Assembly: GCA_038087875.1 (NCBI GenBank)
Contig: CM075981.1
Location: 992,001-1,056,000 of the forward strand
Length of the DNA: 64,000 nt
Direction: 5' to 3'
From: Malacoraja senta
Taxonomy: Eukaryota
The translations under genes and the position numbers were made by a program. Below, in pieces: positions 48,131 to 60,200 of this stretch (its first letter is position 1; every line of letters begins with the position of its first letter). The notes under the pieces were generated by a model. The model was not told the origin of the DNA. It saw only the letters and a list, made by a program, of their open reading frames with translations, and did not search any database.

Positions 48131-49469
48131 TTGATCATACGCTGGATAATCCAACCACATTTTTGTTTGGATGTGGAAAGAAATAATAGAAATTGCATTC
48201 ATTGCAATGTGTTAAAAGAGTTGAGATACTGTATTATAATTTTGCTGCATGTCATTGTGGTATATATCATGTCTTGATTGGTGAATATGTTTAGTTTGTG
48301 ACTTTATTCGAAGCAGAAATAATATGTGAATGCTTCATTGAGCATAAGTCCGACTGGTAACTACGCACTTCGTCCAAGCACATTATCGCACGCGTCATGC
48401 AAGCCGTCTTAAACGACCAGCTAAACTGTCATTTGGCAACGTAAAAGTTGCCAAGTTTGCCCGGCTGACTACAGAGAAAAAAAATTAAGTGAGAGCCCTG
48501 CAAGGTGTATAATATTTTTGACACTGTCATAGGCCTTTCTTACATATGCTGTCACAACGCACTGTAGTCTCTAAACAACTCTTCAGTAATTTGCCTTGCC
48601 CTCCATTTCAGAATAATAGTGTTTTAAGCCAATAACTCGACACTAGCACTTGCAACAAATAAATAAATAAAAAGCGCAGCTTTCCAGCCCCTTATCTCAT
48701 TGGCCACACTCGGCTGCACATCGGTGTCAATCTGGTGGACCATCTTCCTCTAGTCATGGGGGTGGGGGATTGGGAGGGGCCTCACAAGTGGAAAAGCTTA
48801 GGGCCTTTCTTCATCTAAATCCGGCCCTGGTTGTTCTGTACTTTCCCATACCTCTAGTTTCCCCCTCCCTGACACAGTCTGATGAAGGGTCTCGACCCAA
48901 AATGATTCCTATTCAAATTTCTCCAGAGATGCTGCCTGACCCGCTGAGTTACTCCAGCATTTTGTGTTTATCCGAGACTATGATTGATTGTGAAATAAGC
49001 AAAATGGGAGTTTATTTTTATAAAGTTCATCTAAGTAATAGCTTCAAAGTGTAGTTGCTCCCATTCCATTTTGTAAACACTTTTACAGTTTCCTAGTTCT
49101 TATTAAAAGCTGTTGTGGAATAACATTGTCTCCACATAGGTTCTCTCCAAATTATACTACACCGATTATTTAAGATACGATGTATGAAAAATAAAATGGC
49201 TCCAGATCATGGATGAAGAAATAAAATGAGGAACTTGACAGCTTCAACAGCATTTTCAACATTAATAATCATTATTCATATATCATATATATGGTCTATG
49301 GTATATAGGCACACTGAACTTTTATCTCCTGTTCTGTATTATGTTTACATATTCTGTTGTGCTGTAGCAAGCAAGAATATCATTGTCCTATCTGAGACAC
49401 ATGACAATAAAACTCTTGACCCTTGACTCTTTTACCATTCTAAGCTAATCTTGCTGTAGTCCACGGTAA

Positions 49470-49980
49470 ACATAGAAACATAGAAAATAGGTGCAGGAGT
49501 AGGCCATTCGAGCCTGCACCGCCATTCAATATGATCATGGCTGATCATCTAACTCAGTATCCTGTACCTGCTTTCTCTCCATACCCTCTGATCCCTTTAG
49601 CCACAAGGGCCACATCTAACTCCCTCTTAAATGTAGCCAATGAACTGGCCTCAACTACCTTCTGTAGTAGAGAGTTCCAGAGATTCATCACTCTCTGTGT
49701 GAAAAATGTTTTCCTCATCTTGGTCCTAAAAGATTTCCCCCTTATCCTTAAACTGTGACCCCTTGTTCTGGACTTTCCCAACATCGGGAACAATCTTCCT
49801 GCATCTAGCCTGTCCAAACCCTTAAGAATTTTGTACATTTCTATAAGATCCCCCCTCAATCTTCTAAATTCTAGCGAGTACAAACCGAGTCTATCCAGTC
49901 TTTCTTCATATGAAAGTCCTGACATCCCAGGAATCAGTCTGGTGAACCTTCTCTGTACTCCCTCTATGGCAAGAATGTCT
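49470..49980 (-). mobile_element. CR1 3' fragment
   Basis: ORF 49554-49925 is nearly identical to the C-terminus of ORF 12403-13224. Confidence 0.9.
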
Positions 49981-51365
49981 TATGTTTGGTAACCCTTCTG
50001 TCCCCTTTGTCAAATGCAACTTCTGCCAATGTCACTGATTATCAAAGCCATAATTTATGGTCTTGAACTCAATGTCTTTCTGGGCCATTACAGGCAGCCA
50101 ATTAGTGGTCACACATTTTGGTGGGTGTGGAAGGTGGGGGAGGGAGGGGGGGATGGGGCTGAGGCAGGGGCAGGTAGGTGACAGGTACACCCGGAGAAAG
50201 TGAGGGATGATGGGAGGAAGATGAGGAGGGGGGAGATTTGAGACTAGAGGCCAGTATGTGGTAGGGGAAAAGTACAAGGGAATAAACAGGTTCAAATGAA
50301 TTAGATGGAGATATCTGATGGTGAGTAGACTTACCGAGCAACAATACATCCAACACTACCACACTCTCTCTGTGGGCAGCACGGTGGCGCAGGGGTAGAG
50401 TTGCTGCCACACAGCTCCAGATACCCAGGTTCGATCTTGACTACAGGTGCTGTCTGAACGGAGTTTGTACGTTCTCCCTGTGACCATGTGGGTTTTTTCC
50501 GCATGCTCCGATTTCCTCCCACACTCCAAAGACGTGCAGGTTTGTAGGATAATTGACTTCACTAAAAATGTACATCGTCCTTAGTATGTGTAGTGGGATA
50601 GAGTTAGCTAGCTAGCGTGGACTTGATGGGCAGAAGATCCTGTTTCTGCGCTGTATCTTGAAAGTAAAGTGTAAAGTCAGTTCTTCAAGGCAGATTCATC
50701 CTAGATCTCTGTAGTGGAAAGAAACCCTAGAATGTACTGACCCGGGTGGGGGGAAGTACAGTCATGGCTGGTCCAACAATGACAATGACTGCACTTCAGA
50801 CTAAAATCAATGGGGAACAAGGGCTGAAAAGGGCCATGCATGGAGAGGGAGCGCAAATTCGTGGATGATCAAGGAGGCTTCCCCTCCCCTGCCATTACCA
50901 CCCCCCCCCCACCACCATCCCTCTCTGCCAGCTTTCCCCTTCCTACTAAAGTTTGCCTGGATAAAGGTCCTGACCCGAAACGTCACCTGCCCATTCCCTC
51001 CACAGATGCTGCCTGATCTGCTGAGTAACACTTTTTAAAAATACAAATACTATTACTCAGAAACAAAACAAACATACAAAAAAAAGTAACACGATCAAAA
51101 CTGCCCTTTGTAGCATTTTACAAAACAACAGCCATCAATTTAAAAATAACGTGGTCATCATCGGTATTACATTCGACCTCCCGCGGTGACCAGCGTTCAC
51201 GCAAGGCGTCCAAAGTCGCTGAGTTACACCGGGACTTTGTGATTAGCGCAAGGGTAAGTGAATGTCCAGACATGGGTTGGACCATTCATCGTTGGTTTGG
51301 GCAAGAGAGGGTGGGCCAGCAAACGCTGTGATAAGTGGATTTGTTCCTGTACATTTTCCTCTCAA

Positions 51366-52951
51366 TTTCAGGTGCACTGTTGGCAAAGCAATATACAAGA
51401 GGATTTGTGGGATGAGCGATCACAATCGATTGTCATTTTGGAGATGAGTAGCGCTCACACACAAAATACTGATGTCTTTGGAGGAGTCAGTTTAAGAAGG
51501 AACTGCAGATGCTGGAAAGTCGAAGGTAGACAAAAATGCTGTAGAAACTCAGCGGGTGAGGCAGCATCCAGGGGGCGAAGGAAATAGGCGACGTTTCGGG
51601 TCGAGACCCTTCTTCATACTGATGTGGGGTGGGGGGACGCGAACAAGAAAGGAAGAGGAGGAGACAGTGGGCTGTGGGAGAGCTGGGAATGGGAGGGGAA
51701 AGAGGGAAAAAGCGGGACTACCTGAAATTGGAGAAGTCAATGTTCATACCGCTGGGGTGAAAACCACCCAAGCGAAATGTGAGGTGCTGCTTCTCCAATT
51801 TACAGTGGGCCTCACTCTGGCCATGGAGGAGGCCCAGGAAAGAAAGTTCAGATTCTTAATGGGAGGGGTAGTTGAAGTGCTGATCCACCGGGACATCAGG
51901 TTGGTTATTTCGAACCGAGCAGAGGTGTTAGGTGAAGCGATCGGCAAACCTACGCTTGGTCTCGCCGACGTAGAGCAGCTGACACCGAGAGCAGAGGATG
52001 TAATAGATGAGGTTGGAGGAAGTGCAGGTGAACCTCTACCGCACCTGGAAAGACTGCTTAGGTCCTTGGATGGAGTCAAGGGGAGAGACAAGTGTAGCAT
52101 TTTGCTGCGGTTGCAAGGGAAAGTACCAGGGGAGGGGGTGGTTTGGGTGGGAAGGGACAAATTGACCAGGGAGTTACAGAGGGAACGGTCTCAGCAGAAA
52201 TCGGAAAGGGGAGGAGATGGGAAGATGTGGCCAGTGGTGGGATCCCATTGGAGGTGGCGAAAATGTCGGAGGATTATCTGGTGTATGTGACGGCTGGTCG
52301 GGTGGAAGGTGCGGACAACGGGGACTCTGCCCTTGTTATGTGGGGGGGGGGGTGGGGAGTGAGAGCAGAGTTACGTATAGAAGAGACCCTGGTGAGAGCC
52401 TCATCTATAGTAGAAGAGGGGAACCCCCGTTCCCAAAAGAATGATGACATCTCTGATGGTTGGAGGAGCCCACCTCCAACTGGGCAGTTTACACCCCAGC
52501 AGTATGAACATTGACTTCTACAATATCAGGTAGTCCGCTATCTCCTTCTTTCCCCTACCCTTCCCAACTCTCCCACAGCCCACTGTCTCCGCCTCTTTCT
52601 TTCTTCTACCCAGCACGAAACAGGCCCTTCTGCCCTCCATGTCCACCAGCGATCCCCGCACATTAACACCATCCCACACCCACTCTGGACAATTTTTACA
52701 TTTTTTACCAAGCCAATTAACCTACAAACATGCACGTCTTTGGAATGTGGGAGGAAACCGAAGATCTCTGAGAAAACCCACGCAGGTCACGGGGAGAACG
52801 TACAAACTCCGTACAGACAGCACCCGTAATAAGGATCGAACCCAGGTCTCTGGCGCTGCATTCGTTGCAAGTCAGCAACTCCACCGCTGCACCACCGTGA
52901 CTGCCCAAACAAATGGGCAACATGGACGGAGTGGAAGAGTGTCAATGACAG
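51366..52951 (+). pseudogene. Dead partial V exon (51366-~51492 and ~52907-52951), split by Penelope and SINE insertions
   Basis: Acceptor mutated (CTCAA instead of CTCAG). Reads SGALLAKQYTRGFVG*AITIDCHFGDE*RSHTKY*C (three stops) and resumes as TNGQHGRSGRVSMT. Confidence 0.88.
51493..52610 (-). mobile_element. Penelope 3' fragment with an inverted pLTR-side piece at its 5' end (about 52465-52610)
   Basis: SNPSKDL...SSALGVSCSTSARP frames of the GIY-YIG region. 52465-52610 is the reverse complement of about 51650-51780. Confidence 0.82.
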
Positions 52952-54037
52952 CTCAAGGGTAACCCAGACACGGGTGGGACCATTCGGCCCATCGTTGGTT
53001 AGTGGAAGAGTTGGTGGGCAGCAAACGCTGTGTTAAGTACTTACTGGGAGAAACCGATATGCATCGTTAGGCCGTTTAGGTCTGAGATCAGGAAAAACTT
53101 TTTGACCCAGAGAGTTGTGAATCTGTAGATTCTCTGTCACAGAAGGCAGTGGTTGTTTTCAAGAGCTCGAAGGGCTAACGAAATCAAGGGATATGGGGAA
53201 AAAGATGGAACTGATTTTAGATGATCAGCCACGGTCATATTGAATGGCGGTGCTGGCTCGAAGGGCCGAATGGCCTACTCCTGCGCCTATGTTTCTATGT
53301 ATCCAGTTGGGAGTGCGCGGTGGTGGGCACAGGGAAGATGGGGGGGGGGGTGGTGGGGTGGAGCGAGCTCTGTCCTTCCATTCACAACTGCTAGATTTTC
53401 TGGGAAGCCACCAACCGACACTAAGACCGGGAGATGCCGCTCCCAGCAGCGTGACGAGCGATAGACGAGGAAACGCCAGCAATGCTGAGGGGACAGAAGA
53501 GACAATGTTGGTTTGGAAGATAGATACTAAATACTGGAGTAACTCAGCTGATCAGACAGCATCTATGGAGCTAAGGAATAGGTGCCATTTCGAGATCTAG
53601 ATCCTACTACAGACCGAGAGTCAGGGGAAAGGGAAACTGAGAGATATAGACGGTTGTGTAGAGAGAAATAGAGCAAATGAATTAAATATATGCAAAAAGT
53701 AAAAATGATAAAAGAAGTATGCCATTGCTGTGTAGTAAGTGAGAACTAGTTACAGACAACGAGATTCAACAAGAAGTTGGTACGACTCATGTGGGGGGGG
53801 GAGATGGAGAGAGAGGGGATGCAAGGGTTACTTGAAGTTAGATAAATCAACATAACATACCATTGGGGTGTAATCCACTGAAGGGAAATATGAGATGCTG
53901 TTTCCTACCACTAGGTTGGAGATGGCAGAGACGTTTCCAATTGTAACGAGGGCGTCCATTCAGGTGAATGTTGTCCTGATCATTCCGAATATGCACCCGA
54001 TTCCTCGTGTTCATTTTCAGCTGATTTGTCCTCTCAG

Positions 54038-54358
54038 TTTCAGGTGCGGTGTGGGGAAAGACATATGTAGGAGGAGTTGTGGGAAGAGCGGTCACGGTTG
54101 ATTGTCACTATGAAGCAGAGTACCGCTCACGCCCAAAATACTGGTGTCACGGGTGGACTCGCCAGTGTGGAGTTTTATTGGAAACAAATGGGCAACACGG
54201 ACGGAGAGGAAGAGCGTCAATCACAGATAACCCGACACGAGGAATATTTACTGTGACTTTGGAGGATCTTCGCTCTGGAGATACAGGATGGTACAGCTGT
54301 GGAATTGCTGCACTTGCCTTGGATCCATTGTTTAACGTTCATCTCCAAGTATCTGACG
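54038..54358 (+). CDS. Gene C V-type Ig exon (CD300/pIgR/MDIR-like)
   Basis: CCTCTCAG acceptor and GTACGT donor, 321 nt, phase 1-1. Contains TVDCHY, KYWC...C and DTGWYSC. 71/107 aa identical to the gene B V domain. Confidence 0.94.
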
Positions 54359-55123
54359 GTACGTTTCTCAGCGATTGACGACGTCTCCACTGAAAAGCCT
54401 GATCCATGTTTTCTCCGGGAAGGGTCAGGGCAGCACCGATATCCCGAGGCTCCGCAGCAGTGCAGAGACCTGCGGGAGCGGGCGGGGGTCGGGAAACTCA
54501 CTCGTGTTGCTCTCACCCATTGCGGGTTCTGTCCCACTGAGCGGCCACCCACTTCAAGTGGGATGCTCAGCACATATCCCTGCCTCTGAACTGTGTTAAA
54601 TGTTACCCTGTTAGAGGTTTGAGTTCCCACTCAAACTAATAATCCGACGGGAACAGATCAGTGAGAAACAAGTCGTCTGGTCTGAATATCTGGAGAATCA
54701 TAAACAGGGAATCAGTCCCGTGAGTTCAACAGACTGAGTTCAATCCTCCAGGGGCAGGCCAGCACACCCCGCCCCCACCTCAGGGATCACACACTCCCTC
54801 CCCACCCAGCGGTCTCTCTCTCTCTCTCCCTCTGTCCCGTCAATGCGCCCACCCCGATATCAGCACCAATGGGTTCCCTTCCGGTTGCAGGTCACTTAAT
54901 CCAAGCGCAACTATAGCCTCTCTCTATACCCACCCGAACATTGGACAGATGTACGACACGTGAACAAAACCATGAGTGCTGGAAGAACTTAGCGGGTCAG
55001 GTAGCATCTGTGGAGGGAATGGACAAAACCAACTCGAGTCATGACCCTCCTTCAGACAGACGGAATAAGGGAGGAGAAAGCTGGAATTGAGAGATGGGAA
55101 CGACACCTAGGGGGGAGGGGGGG

Positions 55124-55126
<3 letters not shown>

Positions 55127-55170
<44 letters not shown>
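55127..55170. repeat. (GA)n microsatellite
   Basis: Read directly. Confidence 0.95.
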
Positions 55171-55174
<4 letters not shown>

Positions 55175-55536
55175 ATATATATGCGGGCGGGGGGGGGGGG
55201 GCGATAGTGAGGTATTGTTTGAAATCCTGAATACAATGTTCATACCGTTGCGTTGTCCGATTGTCAGGGGGAATATAAGGTGCTGTTTCTCTTTCAAAAT
55301 CGTTTTGGCAATGGAGATAAAGGGTGGAATGGGAATTGGAAGGGGACTTAAACGATTAGCAACCAGGATGTCCAGGCTCGCTTTTGTAAAGGCCGAGGTC
55401 ATATTGCGAGCACCGAAGGCAGGGGACGAGGTTCGCGTGTACCTCTTCAAAAGTCGAGGTACAAGGGTGCCAGAATGGGAGAGTCTTTTATTTTCAGATG
55501 TTGACTTTGTATCCATTGTTTGCTCCTTTCCCACAG

Positions 55537-55839
55537 AACCTGTGTCTGTTCCTGTGCTTGAATTACTGTCACCAGCCAATGTCTCCTGTGTCGGAATGAC
55601 AGTGTCCTGTAAGTCTGAGCGGGGATCTCTTCCCATTAGCTACACCTGGTATGAAAATACCTCAAAGATATCAAATAGCAATAACCTGGATCTACGTTGT
55701 CAATCCTTCAAACACCAACGCCAACAATATTACTGCAAAGCCTCAAATAATCGTGGGACAAAGTCCAGTGAAATGGTTACCGTGGCAGTGTCCAACTCCG
55801 GAGAGAATTGCAGTTGTGTGATGCATTTCGGTAACAATG
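55537..55839 (+). CDS. Gene C C2-type Ig exon, Cys-rich
   Basis: CCCACAG acceptor and GTAAGT donor, 303 nt, phase 1-1. EPVSVPVL...VSCKSERGSLPISYTWY...YYCKASN pattern. Confidence 0.9.
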
Positions 55840-56367
55840 GTAAGTGCTGGAGTGAATGACTGAATCGCCAGTTTGATTCCTGGGATGTTTTAGTGTTACG
55901 GGGAAAGATGGATTGGGATGATTCTGAAGACCCCACAAGATTCTACCTCCAGTCACGCAAGTTTACTTTAGAGATACAGCATAGAAACAGGCCATTCGGC
56001 CCACCGAGATAGTGCCAACCAACAACCACCCGCACACCAATTCCATCAAACACCCTAAGGACAATTAACACAAGCTAATTAACCTACAAACATTTGGTAT
56101 TTGTGGGAAGAACCGGAGAAAACACACGTGATTATTTGGAGAACGCATAAACTCCGTCACAGACAGCACCCGTAGACAGGATCGAACCCGGGTCTCTGGC
56201 GATGTAGGGCAGCAACTCTACCGCTGCGCCACCGAGCCGCCTTCAAAATATAATTCCCATTAGGACATTTCAATATTCTTTGCCGATCGATCTGTTTTCT
56301 TGTTACTATGGCAGCTCAGAAAGCCAGATACGAGCGGGCGGGAGCCAGTGACAGTGTGCAATTGGTT

Positions 56368-56567
56368 NNNNNNNNNNNNNNNNNNNNNNNNNNNNNNNNN
56401 NNNNNNNNNNNNNNNNNNNNNNNNNNNNNNNNNNNNNNNNNNNNNNNNNNNNNNNNNNNNNNNNNNNNNNNNNNNNNNNNNNNNNNNNNNNNNNNNNNNN
56501 NNNNNNNNNNNNNNNNNNNNNNNNNNNNNNNNNNNNNNNNNNNNNNNNNNNNNNNNNNNNNNNNNNN
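56368..56567. other. Assembly gap, exactly 200 N
   Basis: Read directly. The round size suggests a placeholder scaffold join. Confidence 0.99.
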
Positions 56568-57148
56568 CAAGTCTACTCTCCTCCATTCAATCATGACTGA
56601 TCTACCATTCCCTCTCAACTCAATCCTCCTTCCTTCTCCCCAGGACTCCTGACACCAGTACTGATCAAGAATCTATCTATCTCTGCCTATGAAATATCTA
56701 TTGACGGCCTCCACAGCATTCTGCGGCAATGAATTCCACAGTTTCACCACCTTCTGACTAAATAAATTCCTCCTCATCTCCTTCCTAAAGGAATGTCCTT
56801 TAATTCTGAGGCTGCGACCTCTGGTCCTAGACTATCCGACTAGTGGAAACATCCTCACCCCATCCACTCTATCCAGGCCTTTCACTATTCGGTAAGTTTC
56901 AGTGAGGTCCACAAGGCAAGCTTTAGGTAGTTATCTCCCTTCTCTACGGGGAGCTAGCTGTGTGCAATTTGGCTGCACACAACACGACAACAACCGCTGA
57001 TGGAAGTCTCTACAGGAACTAACGAGTGTTGAGCAATTTATCATCAGCTCCCCACACAGTACAGAGACAGACGTCCTTGGTTACAAATAATTCAAGGCAC
57101 CAGTAAATAATTCTAAAGAACAGAGCATATTGTAAAACAATGATTTAC

Positions 57149-57245
57149 CTGGTATGAGATCAAAAGCGACAAGAACCAGCAGAGCGACTGTTCCCCTGGA
57201 TCTGGGCCGTTTCTGGTGGGTGAATTCTCCCTGTCCCACCGCCAT
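57149..57245 (-). CDS. Inverted copy of candidate leader L2 (MAVGQGEF...AFDLIP)
   Basis: Mirror of 44010-44106 with a V2A change. Donor intact. Confidence 0.5.
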
Positions 57246-60200
57246 GTCTTGGCTACGTTGGATCGGTTTGGTCCCTGCACTGCGTTTGAGTTGTCCTCTT
57301 CCTCATTCACAACAGAAGTCAAACAGGCAATTTCCGTTTACTCAGGAAACGACTTTACAGTGGTTCAAGAATAAATTGGTGACTCATTTGCCACCACCCC
57401 CAGCCTCCTCACCACCGACAATGCACCTATCAGGAGTGGGCTGCAATGCTCTCCAGTTGCCTGGATTGGAGCATCTCCTCGAAGCTTTGCTTCATCCTGG
57501 TGACGTTTGCCCACTTCACTGGCGCTCTGTCCACCACTGCAAACATTCTCTTACCCACACCCTCAACCCCCTTCCCCAAATGCGGGCACACTGTGTCTGA
57601 ACTTGTATGGGTTTAAGAGGCAGACATCAGCCATGTTTGAATGGCGGAGTAGACTCTATGGGCTGAATGGCCAAATTCTACTCCTGGAACGTGTGAACTT
57701 GTGATCTGTTTACCCACCTCAAAATGCGCGTCACTAATTTGTCCAGCCTTCCTCAGCTTCTCATGTGTTGAAACGTTACGCAGGAGAAATAAGACACCAA
57801 CGGAACGGAGATGAGGAAACACTTTTTCACACAGAAAGTTGTTAGTCTGTGGAATTCTCTGCCTCAGAGAGTGGTGGAGGACGGTTCTCTGGATACTTTC
57901 AAGAGAGAGCTAAATAGGGCTCTTAAAGTTAGCGGAGTCAAGTGATATGGCGATAAGGCAGGAACGGGGTACTGATTGTGGATGATCTGCCATGATCACA
58001 TTGAATGGCGGTGCTGGCTCGAAGGGCCAAATGGCCTACTCCTACACCTATTGTCTATTGTTTATTGACAAACGCGATCAGATAAGTCCACTCACATCAC
58101 CAGATAAACTCCTCGAAGGACAATTCAAATACTTGAGCATTGGAGACTGGGTAAAGCTTAGTTTGAAGATGCGATTCATGAAATCATAGAGTGATACAGC
58201 ATGGAAGCAGCTTGCCGTATGCCGATCAAGATGTCCCATGTACGCTAGTCCCTCTTTAGTTTAGTTTAGTTTAGAGATACAGTGCGGAAACAGGCCCTCC
58301 GGCCCACCGAGTCCGCACAATCCAGTGATCCCCGCACTTTAACACAAATTTTTACATTTCCATCAATCCAATTAACCTACAAAACTGTACGTCTTTGGAG
58401 TGTGGGAGGAAACTGAAGTTCTCGGAGAAAACCCACGCAGGTCACTGTGAGAAAGTACAGACTATGTACAGACAAGCACCTGTAGCCAGGATCGAACCCG
58501 GGTATCTGGCGCCGTTATGCAATGTAAGGCAACAACTCTACGGCTTCGCAACCGTAAAAATCAGGCCTTTGTTTGACCCCTGTCCGTACAAACCTTTCGT
58601 ATCTACGTACCATGTCCTAGTGCTTTTAAATGTTGTTAATAGTACCTGTCTCCACTACCTCCTCTGGACATGCTCCTTCCATGTACCCTTCAGCTTCTGT
58701 GAGATAACATTGTTGAGGTAGGATTAGGGTTGTGTGAAGGAGAAGACAAAGGAGATTGTATGTACTAGAATCTGGAACAATAGGCAGAACACCTGAAAAA
58801 CTCAACGGGTCGGGCAGCATCTGTGGAGGCAAAAAGTGCATGTTTGTTTTCCGGCCGAGACACTACTTCCTGACTGAGGTTGAAAACTGGGATGTTTACC
58901 AATATATGGCAGAATAAAAAGGAGATGGGTCAAACGCGGGCAACTGGTACTAGTTGACTAGGGCGGCTCCATGGCGCAGTGGTAGAGCTGCTGCCTTACA
59001 GCGCTTACAGTCGGGTTTGATCCCGACTACGGGTGCTGTCTGTATGGAGTTTATACGTTCTCCCCCTGGATTTTCTCCGAGATCTTCAGTTTCCTCGCAC
59101 AATCCAAAAACGTATAGGTTTGTAGGTTAGTTGGCTTGGAACAGGTGTAAATAGTCCCTATTGCGTGTAGGATAGTGTTAATGCATGGGGATTGCTGTTT
59201 GGTGCGGACTCGGTGAGCTGAAGGGCCAGTTTCCATGCTGTATCTCTAAACTAAACTAGTGAAGAAGGGTTCGGCCCGAAACGTTGCCTATTTCCTTCGC
59301 TCCATAGATGCTGCTGCACCCGCTGAGTTTCTCCAGCATTTTTGTGTACCTAGTGTAGGTAAGCAGTTTGGTCAGCATGGTCAAGTTGGGAAGAAGGGCC
59401 TGTTTCTGTGCTATATGACTATGAGTTTAACTCTGGTGCCAGTGCCCCGCCCTGCTCTGCCCCACTCACCCTTCACCCTGGCACTGTGACATGTGGGTGG
59501 ATTTGGACTTGACCATGGTTCTCCACATTTCACAGATCTGATAACCCACCTGCATAGTCATAACAACCCTAACCTGTAGAGTCAATGATTTGGTTTCAAA
59601 ATATTTTACACTGGTGTTCAAATCTTCTTATCAACCTCACAACTTCCTATTTCTCAAAAACAGACATATAATGCTGGAGTAACTCAATGGGCCAGGCAGC
59701 ATCTCCAGAGAACATGGATAGGTGACGTTTTGGGTTGGGGGAAAGTGCCCAGCGCCATCACAGTGCGCATGCGCAGGGCGGCTAATGATGTGCTGGCCGT
59801 GGTTTTGCACATGTGCAAGGGGGAGGATGTGCTGGCCGTAGCAGTGCGCATGTGCAAGGAGGCCGGCCGTGACGGCAGATGAGGAGCGAGCGGAGAGCGG
59901 AGTCCCGGCGGCCGGACACAGATACGGATGGCGGGCGGAGACGGAGAGTGACACAGAGAGAGAGATAGAATGGGCGGCCTGCCCAGAATTGAACGGCAGG
60001 TGTCCTGCCTTGGCCGCAGCCCCCTAGATTTTGAGGCCCTAGGCTTCAACTAGTGGTGAATCCGGCTCTGCGAGCCCCCCCCCCCCCCTAGATCTCGAGG
60101 CCCTAAGCTTAAGCTTGTCAAGGTTATAAGTAAATCCAGCCCTCAGAACAATGCAGAGCCTGCATCTATAACTCAAGAAAGGTGGAGTCCACAATGGTCC

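Noticed and set aside
8250-48905. Recurrent ~130-nt units as a CRISPR-like array
   Set aside because: They are dispersed in both orientations, have no regular spacers and no cas genes, and match the Penelope pLTR.
55041-55536. N-terminal 165 aa of the 272-aa ORF 55041-55859
   Set aside because: It is read-through of a (GA)n microsatellite and Penelope remnant. Only 55537-55839 has splice sites and Ig motifs.
5673-56240. tRNA genes
   Set aside because: The A/B-box-like heads continue into SINE core and tail sequence, and no complete cloverleaf was seen.
56315-56367. Possible next exon of gene C (AQKARYERAGASDSVQLV) before the gap
   Set aside because: The acceptor is weak, no motif is recognisable, and the gap truncates it, so it cannot be supported.
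56260-56652. ORFs spanning the N run
   Set aside because: They are artefacts of translating Ns.
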